A DNA stretch of 64,000 nucleotides from Tetramitus jugosus (Eukaryota > Protista > Heterolobosea). Shown in pieces: positions 17,595 through 27,100 of the stretch (its first letter is position 1; each line of letters starts with the position of its first letter). The stretch covers positions 124,001 to 188,000 of the forward strand of contig OW569347.1 of the NCBI GenBank assembly GCA_937625935.1, written 5' to 3'. A program made the position numbers and the translations under genes. A model generated the notes under the pieces. The model was not told the DNA's origin, did not search any database, and was given only the letters and a program-made list of their open reading frames with translations.

Positions 17595-19712
17595 TTAATC
17601 AACATCCAATGTAATCACAAAGCGTTCTCGATCAATAAAACTATTGGGCATTGCGGTTTCGGGTGTGATTATCTCTTCGACCACCAAATTAAAAAGATCT
17701 TTCTGAACTCTTGCAATTCTTTTGATGACAACTTCGGAGCCGTACTCTTGTTGCACTATTCTGATCATTCTTGATTTCAAATCAGAGTAGGTTATCGTTG
17801 GTGGAACAATCTGTCGAAGCACCATTTCAAACTTGCAGCCTCGAAAATCGAAAAAGATGGAAATGGTTGGTTCTTGTGCTGCTGGGCTCGCTTCAACAGA
17901 AATCGCTTCTTCTGTTGGTTGCTGTGGTAGTTCGTTGACTGATGTTGATGTGGAAGGTGATGAAATAGGCAGTGGCAGAGTAACTGATAATGATGGCAAT
18001 AGTAGTGGTGGTTCTATCACTGCATTGATAGTCGAGTCTACCACAACGGGTAGTGTGATTGATTCTTCTTCGACTTGGACCCGCAAGCTACTCGATGATT
18101 CAGTTGGGGTTGAGTGTATCTGATTTGATGACGATGCTGATGCTGATGATGACGACGACGACATGGATGATCTATTCTTCTTTGCCCTGCGGAAACACCG
18201 ATGACACACTCGATTGTTGTCATTTATAGGCGAATTGGGAAACGTGTTTTGAAAATGCTCTGGATAGTACAGGAAATGAAAAGCTTCACTTCCACAGCAA
18301 CAACACATTCCATATCCGTTCGAGGATGGTGCTAGTGATTGACTCGCTTTTCGAGAACAAGCCGAACAAACATGTCCGGAATCATTCATTGGTGAACCAG
18401 GGAATAATTTTTTGTATGTCTCACTGTGTGTATCATACCTGTGATTTAGCGCTTTCACAACTTGTCCACAGCAAGAACATGCCATTGGTTTGCTTTTGAT
18501 ACCTGTGGACATTAGATACACCACTCTATAGCACTTTCCACATACGTGCTCGCGATTATTAATTGGAGATTGAGGAAATTCAATGCGATACTTGCTTTCC
18601 AACGTCTTATATATGTATCTCGGTTTAGTAAACCACATGTCACAACAAGCACAAAATTGACCACCACCACTGCCACTACCACCACCATCTCTCTCTTTAT
18701 CTGCAGTAGTAGTGATATCACTGTCTCCATGAGTGCTGGTACTCGTGATAGAAGCTTTCTTGTCGTTATTAGATAATCGAAGTCTCTTTCTCTGAGACGT
18801 ACAAGTTCGACTCTCCCTCGTGTTCGTTTCGTTGATCGTTGTTTCACTCGTCGTATCATGTTTCGTCTCTATGACTCCTTGTTCTTCTTCCTGTTCCATT
18901 TTTACATTGAATGTGTCGACATTTGTTGTTATTGTTGTGACATGTGGTGAACGTCGATGATCACTCAGCTGAGTCAAAGTGGAGAACAAGTTGTGGTGAA
19001 GGTGAGTTTCACTACTACTATTGTTACGAACTTCGCGATGATTATCCATATTCATCTTGTAATCATGATCAATACTCTCGTTACTCGTCTGATTACTACT
19101 ACTATTGTTACTACTATTACTACTACTACTAATATTACTACTACTATTATTAATAATATTCTTATTCGTATTCACATTTTGATCTTCCTCTTCATCATTC
19201 TCATTGTTACTATCATTGTCATTGTTTTCTAATTGTAAATCTTTCCAACTCTGACCTCTCTTACGACTCGTGAATCGATTCGGTACATCAAACATTGGTA
19301 CACTCCTGTACGCTGTTTTTGGTTTGGGTGTCGATGCGAATGATGGTGATTGTATCACTAGGCTTGGACTACTATTTCGTATTGATCTACTGCCTGTTCT
19401 CCTTGCATAATACTTGACCTTGTTGTCCTCTCCTAATGGTTCACTTACTAGGGAAGATGATGATGAAGATGCATTTTCCACATGATGATTGAGACTCCTA
19501 TGATTATGGTTATTATGAGTGTGACTACTACTGGTGCTTTTAGACCCGTGACGAGTGGTCAGCTGGGGTTGCATGGACCGTGATCCACCAGTGATTGGTC
19601 TGTTACTATTGTTACTCCTGTTGGTATTACTATTATTGGTGTTGGTGCTACTCGTGTGTTGTTCATCCGTTTTACGAGCAGCTGCAATCGATCTTCGTGT
19701 GGTGGTGACCAT
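17595..19712 (-). CDS. Hypothetical nuclear protein with three tandem CxCC...FP.SP.N...VCxxC repeats and a C-terminal beta-grasp-like domain
   Basis: 705-aa ORF; repeats visible in the translation; RKRLR NLS-like motif. Confidence 0.7.
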   Translation of the reverse strand: MVTTTRRSIAAARKTDEQHTSSTNTNNSNTNRSNNSNRPITGGSRSMQPQLTTRHGSKSTSSSHTHNNHNHRSLNHHVENASSSSSSLVSEPLGEDNKVKYYARRTGSRSIRNSSPSLVIQSPSFASTPKPKTAYRSVPMFDVPNRFTSRKRGQSWKDLQLENNDNDSNNENDEEEDQNVNTNKNIINNSSSNISSSSNSSNNSSSNQTSNESIDHDYKMNMDNHREVRNNSSSETHLHHNLFSTLTQLSDHRRSPHVTTITTNVDTFNVKMEQEEEQGVIETKHDTTSETTINETNTRESRTCTSQRKRLRLSNNDKKASITSTSTHGDSDITTTADKERDGGGSGSGGGQFCACCDMWFTKPRYIYKTLESKYRIEFPQSPINNREHVCGKCYRVVYLMSTGIKSKPMACSCCGQVVKALNHRYDTHSETYKKLFPGSPMNDSGHVCSACSRKASQSLAPSSNGYGMCCCCGSEAFHFLYYPEHFQNTFPNSPINDNNRVCHRCFRRAKKNRSSMSSSSSSASASSSNQIHSTPTESSSSLRVQVEEESITLPVVVDSTINAVIEPPLLLPSLSVTLPLPISSPSTSTSVNELPQQPTEEAISVEASPAAQEPTISIFFDFRGCKFEMVLRQIVPPTITYSDLKSRMIRIVQQEYGSEVVIKRIARVQKDLFNLVVEEIITPETAMPNSFIDRERFVITLDVD

Positions 19713-19800
19713 GTTATGGGTCTGATGATGATGAATGCGTTATGAATAATAATATTGCTGCGTGATGAGTTCCTCTGCTCAGAATCTATTGCAGATCTGA

Positions 19801-19810
19801 TTGGCGCCAA
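19801..19810. promoter_or_regulatory. TTGGCGCCAA palindrome (E2F-like), also at 32256-32265 and 44102-44111
   Basis: Exact 10-mer recurs in three short promoter-containing intergenic regions. Confidence 0.45.
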
Positions 19811-19913
19811 TTGTGGTTGTTTGTGTGAGTTTTTCGAGGTTTTTTGGCGCGACGGAGTTTTTAACACGATGAGTGTATTGAGTGTGATTTTACAACTAAT
19901 GAATTTGAGGTGG

Positions 19914-20930
19914 TTATGGGAGAGTACCTGCACGATTATTCTGTTTCTCGTGAGGTGATACGATAATGACGATTGCTGTCACGTTGTCTCGACTCCCTTT
20001 CTTGATTGCATGCTCGGCCAGGTGCTTTGCAATCATTCCTGGATGTTGTTTGGGTAGCCTCTTCTTGATAAATTCACACACTTCTATTCCGTCCAAGCTT
20101 TCAAACAGTCCATCACAAGCAACGACAATAAATTGTTCCTCATTCGTTTCTGAAGATTTTTCTTGTGATGACACTTTTTCCAACGAAAGAGGTCGTAGAT
20201 CTGGAGTAACAATCAGAGGTTGTTGTTGAGGTGAAAATCCATGCACTTGCTTGTCTTCAAAATCTCCGAATGCTCTACTCATTGCTAAATGACCATCAAG
20301 TCTGCTCCGACGAACAAAGCCACCATGAGTCTCTATTCTCTTCTTTTCCAATGGATCGGTCGGTTTGTGATCCTTTGACAGTGCGAACACTCTTCCTCGA
20401 TCATACACTAAGCATCGCGAGTCTCCCACATTGGCACAAGTGAGCTCAATTGAAGAGCTACAATTCTCTATAAACAACACGTTGGCTGTTGATCCAGAAG
20501 TCTTGTTCGTGGTTGGATTGACAAGACTCTTGTTTTGGTCAGACTCAAAACTCCCTCGAAATTCATCATCAATTTTGAAAAATGTGTCTCGTATAATGGT
20601 GGTAGATCGTAAGATATCAGTAACTGTTTTCTTGTACTTTACATCTTTTAAGATGTTCGATTGGACAATATCAATAAAGTGAGTTTCTAGGAACTTGGAG
20701 CATCGAGAGCCACCATGCCCATCAAAAACTGCAAAAACAGCCAGAGAATTCTCGATCAATCCTCCTTCTGCAATGTGAGAATCTTCGTGTGTTGGTCTCA
20801 ACCCCTGGGTTGACCAAATCCCCCACTGTAAAAATGTATTACTTCCCTTACCGTTGACCACAATTTTTGGAGTCGTATCCTTCGATTCAACTGTGGCAAC
20901 CTCTCCCTGTTTTTCTTGTTTTTCGCTCAT
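19914..20930 (-). CDS. PP2C/PPM protein phosphatase
   Basis: QGLRPTHED, VFDGHGG, ANVGDSR, DHKP, LAMSRAFGD, ACDGLF and GSRDNVT. Confidence 0.96.
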   Translation of the reverse strand: MSEKQEKQGEVATVESKDTTPKIVVNGKGSNTFLQWGIWSTQGLRPTHEDSHIAEGGLIENSLAVFAVFDGHGGSRCSKFLETHFIDIVQSNILKDVKYKKTVTDILRSTTIIRDTFFKIDDEFRGSFESDQNKSLVNPTTNKTSGSTANVLFIENCSSSIELTCANVGDSRCLVYDRGRVFALSKDHKPTDPLEKKRIETHGGFVRRSRLDGHLAMSRAFGDFEDKQVHGFSPQQQPLIVTPDLRPLSLEKVSSQEKSSETNEEQFIVVACDGLFESLDGIEVCEFIKKRLPKQHPGMIAKHLAEHAIKKGSRDNVTAIVIIVSPHEKQNNRAGTLP

Positions 20931-21400
20931 TGTTTCTGAAACTGTTGTATTACTTTGGATAAGAGTCGTGAAAAATTACATGTTTTTTGTTGCACACATC
21001 AGGTCACCGAACGAAACAGGCTTTTTTTAGAATTAAGTGGCAGTTTATGATCTACGACAACAGAACAGTTGCTCAATGATAATCAAGCTTCTAGTTTTGT
21101 GGCCCTTGCTCATATGTCTCTAAAAATGATGATTGTTTGGTGATGAACAAGATCACTGCCAAGGTTTTTGACAAAGGACGATTTTGTTCATTTGACACAC
21201 CAAGACACAAAACAGGTCAATCCCTTGCTGTCGGTATCTTATTTTCTCCGCTGTCAGCAAACATTGACAGTTGAAGTCACCAGCGACATTTGTCACTCAA
21301 CAAAGAAAACACAACCATCATCATTTCATAAACACACCCACACCACACCCACGCACCCACACAACCAAACACACAAACACCATACACACCAAACACACAA

Positions 21401-24010
21401 ATGAAAAAATCATTTTCATTCTCTTCTCGACTCAAGCATCGAGGAAGCACACTCATTGGTTCTCCCGGTGATCACCACCTCATTGATTCACCCACTTCTT
21501 CACTATCGTCTTCACCTTCAGCATCATCCATGTCACCATCATCAACAATAGCATCATTAGAGCCCATTGACTTTGCTCAATTGTTCACACAGTATCGATT
21601 CCCGTTCGAAGACGTGTTCGACAATGAAGAATGCAGAAAACAGTTCAAGGATCACTTGATTGAGATGAGCAACGAAGAAAGTATCATTTTTTATGAAGTG
21701 TGTGAAGAGTATAGAAGAATGAAGAGTGATAGGAATCGATTCTATACGGCCATTCATCTCATTATGAGATTTATTGAACCGGGCAGTGATTTTGAATTGA
21801 ATTTACCACAACGAGTACGCAATGATTGTCTCGTCCAATTCAAACAACACTCCAATATCAACTCTTGTCCCGAATCATTGTTTGACAAGGTTTCGAGCAC
21901 CATTTTTCTTCAAATGAAATTGGATGCGTACCCGAGATGGAATCACTCTTCCGACTTTAAATCATTCATTACACTGTTGATCAAGAGAGATAGGCACGTA
22001 CTGGACACGATTGCCGTTCGAAATCAAAGCAACAAGTCATCATCATCATCATCATCAAATACGAATCACAGTAATAACAATAACAATACAAGTGATCAAG
22101 ATGACAATCACAACAACAACAACAACAACAACAATAACAATGATAATTCACTGAGTTTCCGCCCTCGATGGATGAGCGACATTGATCGCATGACACAAAA
22201 CAAGAAACAAAACGCAGCCAACAGCAACAACACAATGACCAAAATCAGAGACATGTTCATGATGCATCACAGACAGGAGAGAAGACCGTCGAACCCTACG
22301 GCACCTACACTGGCACAATTGAATTCATCTCTGTTTGATGACGATGATGATCATCACAAGAGAAGGAGAAACGGAGGAGGAATAGGAGGCGAGTACGATT
22401 CGGATGATGAGTACGAAGATGATGATGATGATGTGAGTGTTGTTGTGATTCATGGTGCATCCATGTTGAGTGAAAATAGTTGCAACATTAACAGTACGAG
22501 TAGTATCAGCAGCAACAACAACCACAACAGTAGTAATAGCAGTAGTCCAATGGTACCAGCAATGGACAAGCATCGGTCCATGGTTGTGCCTCAATTGTCA
22601 TCTCCATTGTCGTCACCATTGTCTGCTGCGTCTTCCTCTGCATCGCCACTCTCTTCCTACTCGAATAATGCTTCTCCGGTCGTTGGTCATGGCGGAAAGA
22701 TGAATGGTAAGAATATTGTTCATCACACGTACAATGCATCGTATGACACGGTGGATATCTGGGGCACACTCGTTGAAGAACAATTGAGAGAAGAGCAGGA
22801 GAACAGTGCAGATGGCGATGGATCAATGGATCACATGGATGACAACACTGGCTCATCATCCAACAACTATCATAACAATGGTGGTGGTGGTGGTAGTGGT
22901 AGTGGTCACAACAACAATGGTAGCAACAATACAAACAATTCGAATACGTCTCTCAGGAGAATGATTAAGAAATTGGGAGAATTACCAAATGAATTGTCAT
23001 TGGCTGACTTCAATGACCCATATGTGTACGGTCGTGATTTTGATCGTGTGAGAGAGGATGGTGCATCGTTGGACGGTTGGGAAAAGTTGGATCTAGGCAG
23101 CTCTACAAGTGTGCCTGCTCATTTAACGGCCTACATTGGCAATGAAAAGTTTAATATTGTGGATCAGGAGTCATTCGAGTGCATTCGACGGTTTCGATTC
23201 AGTGGACGCTTACCCATCTCTGCTCGCAGAGCAGTGGAATACTTTTGTGCACCAGAAAATAGTATTAAATTGGATCCAACATTGACATCTGCACCTACCT
23301 TTTTAGTCATGGTGAAGAATTTGGATGGTGAAACAGGACATTCATCGTCAAATCACTCGCAAGACTCGAGAACTCATGGATCACCTCGACTAACACCGAG
23401 GGATTTCTCACATGCCTATGCGGGATTCATTTCCCATCATACGCACAAGTATTCCTGGCCAATTAAGAATCGTTCCTTCTTGACGGTGCAATCTGTCATC
23501 TATGAAGAACCATCAGATGATGAAGAGGACAATGCAGGACAATACCTGATTTATAAGAAGAGTGTGAACATTGAGGATGCTGTGATATCTTCAGTTGAAA
23601 AACTTCGTGGCCACATGACAGAAAGTGTTATTTTTAAGCAAGAAGCGAAGGGATGTAGCTTCACTGTCATCACGTGGTATGATATGAAGAAGCAATTCAG
23701 TAACTCTACATTCCAAAAAATCATGAAGAAGAGTGCGATCAGTTTTGCTGAACCAGCCTCATGGGTTGAATGGGATCAGAGGCAACCAATCTCCAAGCGA
23801 GTATCAACAATACTCAGCAGCAAACCAACTCTTTATGATACTCTAGAGTATTATCTTTTGGTGAAGGAGTTGAGTACGAAGGAGTCTGTTCAAAAGAAGA
23901 TTCGACGAACGATGAAGACATTGAACACGTTGGTTAATTTTGAATTGAACCCATATGCCGCGGTCGAGACAATTTCCAAGTATAACAATCAACAAGAAGC
24001 AACAGATTAA
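21401..24010 (+). CDS. RGS-domain protein with C-terminal START/SRPBCC-like domain
   Basis: N-terminal RGS (FKDHL..EMSNEESIIFY...FI.PGS..ELNLP...MKLDAYPRW); C-terminal YSWPIKNRSFL...VEKLRGHM is START-like. Confidence 0.8.
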   Translation: MKKSFSFSSRLKHRGSTLIGSPGDHHLIDSPTSSLSSSPSASSMSPSSTIASLEPIDFAQLFTQYRFPFEDVFDNEECRKQFKDHLIEMSNEESIIFYEVCEEYRRMKSDRNRFYTAIHLIMRFIEPGSDFELNLPQRVRNDCLVQFKQHSNINSCPESLFDKVSSTIFLQMKLDAYPRWNHSSDFKSFITLLIKRDRHVLDTIAVRNQSNKSSSSSSSNTNHSNNNNNTSDQDDNHNNNNNNNNNNDNSLSFRPRWMSDIDRMTQNKKQNAANSNNTMTKIRDMFMMHHRQERRPSNPTAPTLAQLNSSLFDDDDDHHKRRRNGGGIGGEYDSDDEYEDDDDDVSVVVIHGASMLSENSCNINSTSSISSNNNHNSSNSSSPMVPAMDKHRSMVVPQLSSPLSSPLSAASSSASPLSSYSNNASPVVGHGGKMNGKNIVHHTYNASYDTVDIWGTLVEEQLREEQENSADGDGSMDHMDDNTGSSSNNYHNNGGGGGSGSGHNNNGSNNTNNSNTSLRRMIKKLGELPNELSLADFNDPYVYGRDFDRVREDGASLDGWEKLDLGSSTSVPAHLTAYIGNEKFNIVDQESFECIRRFRFSGRLPISARRAVEYFCAPENSIKLDPTLTSAPTFLVMVKNLDGETGHSSSNHSQDSRTHGSPRLTPRDFSHAYAGFISHHTHKYSWPIKNRSFLTVQSVIYEEPSDDEEDNAGQYLIYKKSVNIEDAVISSVEKLRGHMTESVIFKQEAKGCSFTVITWYDMKKQFSNSTFQKIMKKSAISFAEPASWVEWDQRQPISKRVSTILSSKPTLYDTLEYYLLVKELSTKESVQKKIRRTMKTLNTLVNFELNPYAAVETISKYNNQQEATD

Positions 24011-24105
24011 GGTGGCCTGCATTCGGGACCTATCCGGCCTTAAGTGGGTTAACGAATAGATACACCTAGCCACTGTGCAATAAAGTTTTCCAACAAGAAT
24101 TTGCT

Positions 24106-27100
24106 TTATTCGACTGGAGATAGCTGCACAATTTTCACACGACTGTGGAGCGTGTATTTTTGTCGATTAAACTCGTCTTGCGACACAACATTGGCTTGAA
24201 CTGGTAGGTAGATAATATGTGTCTCAGTATGAACTTCAACCGTCTGATTCATCTTTTGAGGTCTAAATGCATGAATTTCGAACTCTATTTTCACACTGAT
24301 ACCTGGAGCCAGAGGACCGCTCTTACAAAATACTTTAAGGATATTTTCTGTTGGAATTTCACAAGCAGAGTTATCTGACTGTGCTCTCCTGATGTATGAA
24401 GATGTCCAAGAGCTCTTATTAAAGTGTTTGATGAAAAATCTCCCAGGAAGATGTCCAGAATTTGTTAACATTGCAGAACACCGGTAGACTTCTCCAACCA
24501 TCAAGTTGCCAAACGTGATGGATGCTGGATATATTTTTAAAAGTGCAGTATCTGTTGAGGTCTCTTGGGGAAGGGTTCCTGTCTTGAGCTTGTTTTTTAA
24601 GGCAATCTTACTTTGAGTGATGGAGACTGTTCGAAGGCTTCTCGTATTGTTTTGGAATTGATTAAAGTTTGGAACAGCTTTTGCAGAAGGTTCGAACAGT
24701 TTCTTTAGGACCGTTTTTCTCTGCTTGCCTGATTCCAATAATTTTGTGGAAGAGAGGGAGTTACTTTCTTCCTGTTGTTGATCATCGGCCTCGACTTGAG
24801 AGAGGTGATGAACAGGGAAATTTTCCTCAGACAGTTCTTCTTGGATTAAGATTGTGTCTGTGGTACTACTCAGTTGAGTTTCTGATTGATGAACAATGTC
24901 ACTGACAGGTGATTCAGAAATGGTTGCAAAGTTCGTATGAGATCTCGTTGTTTCAATAGGAATTGTAGTTATAATACGTTCTAATGCTCTTCTTCCTCGT
25001 GGGAGATTCCAATACAAAGGACGTGGAGGAATATCTGAAGGCGGTACAATGCTAGGTGGACAAGTTGAATTCTCTTCACCCAAGAAATGAGGTTCAGTCC
25101 TTTCCAAAGAGGTCAACCTTGCTTGGTTCTCATCTTGGGCGTTTGCCTGCTGATGTATTATCACAGAGGCATCATCTGTGCTGCATGTACTGCTTTCGTC
25201 TGACTCGTCGTTGGCAAGCTGTTGTGAGAGTTCATTCAATCGAGTTTGAATATTCTTTTCTATTTCGATCTCCTCTTCGGTTCTCTCAAGTGAGGTTTCA
25301 TATTGCAATTCCTGCTCCCTTCTCGTGCGGTTTTGTACCCATTTAGTCCAGTTCTGGAGTCCGGATCGTATTATCTGGTGATCTCTCTCTAATAAAATAG
25401 GATATTGAATCAATTTTCTAACCCGCAAGATATTGACTTCAGCATTTTGTTTCCTGTTCATTTGTCTCACACATTTTGGCAGTTTATACTTCAGAACCTC
25501 TCCACTTAATACTCGACTTAAACTCGAAGATTTGTATTTAGTCAAGTATGTTTGAGTTGCCATACTTTTGTCCTCATCATAGTAATCCACTTCAACAGAG
25601 GTGTGAGGATCCTCCTCACTTGCTCTCATAAAAGGACGAACCGCTTGTTCGTAGAAGTATTCTGATCCACTATTCTCTGCAATATTCAACACGAACAATC
25701 TTGGAGGAAAGCAGAAGCGAATATCCTGTTGGTGAACAAGCGACTCTCCATCCCTAAGCACAGGTGCAAGACCGTACGTCTCTTCCCTAACCAAATTCAA
25801 TTCGTCGAAAAAGATATCCTTGAACAGAGTTCTTTTGCGCTCTTTTTCATTGTAGTACCGAATCATTGAGCGTCCATCGTCTGAAAACATAAATTCATTT
25901 CCAAACAAATCAACGATTTTTGTTCGACCAAGGGAGTAGTTGAAACCATATGTACCATAGTAGTACTTCGGATTGAGCTTCGCTTTTCTTTTGTCAGCTT
26001 GTAGAAGTGACCGAGGTTCTATCATAATTGATGAATTGGCTTCCTCGATTATTATTTGGTGCCCTTCTCTCACTATTCTCATATTTTTAGATGATTCTGG
26101 TTTGTGTGAGATAAGGGTTCCGTCAGGAAGTTCTGAGTGTATTATTTTTTCATTGTCTAATTGATCTATCCTCACTGTTGCGTAATTAATTTGTTCCACC
26201 AGTATAGTATTATTTACTGGTCGAGTATCGTCTCGTTTTTCATTTCTCTTCTCATAGTAACTCCATATTTTCGTTCCATCAGGGAATTGAGTAACAATTG
26301 TGGAATCAGGATATTGTATTTTCATCACAAGATCCTCTCTTGAAAAAATTACAGCTTGGAATTCTGGGTCTACATTCTTGGAAGCATGAATTGGTGTCAA
26401 TTGTATAATTCCTGTAACAGTTTCAGCTATCCTCTGTCCCAAAGAGTTTGTTTTAATCCAAGTTCCTGCAGAGTTACGTACTTGAGTTTCACCATTGGGC
26501 AACAATACTTGGATAATATCGTCATCATAGAATACTTGAACCTCTCCAGAAATGGTGACTAATCTAGATATCTCGCGACATAGTTTGCTTACAGTTTCTC
26601 CTGTGGTATCATCAAAGATGAGCAACGGTAACTCTTCAAAATGAAGTTTGACATTCATATCTTTAGTTTTGTTTAAGAAACGTCCATGAAATCCACTCCC
26701 AAAGTTCGCCTTGTTTTCTGTCAATCTCTTGGGATACACTTGAAAAACATCCCCATTGGATGACACTTTTGTAAATAATCCATCAATCGTACCTAGAGAT
26801 AGTTCAGTTTCTTCAATACCTGACTTTGATATGAAGAGAGTTGAATCATCACTGAAATTGGTTGTGAAGAGAGGTTTTGACAATCCAGCAGATGTTTTTA
26901 AGCTGAATATCGAACCATCCTTCTCAACGCTACAAACAATATTTTGTGATGTTGTGTAGCAACTTGATAAATGAACAATAGATCCATCTAACGGATAGAA
27001 ATCGATACAATCATGGATCAAATTGGACCCCTTTCCTTCAAAAATGTAATTCTCTGATGGATTGGGGGCAGTACAAAGTCGCTTTCTCACACCAGGATTT

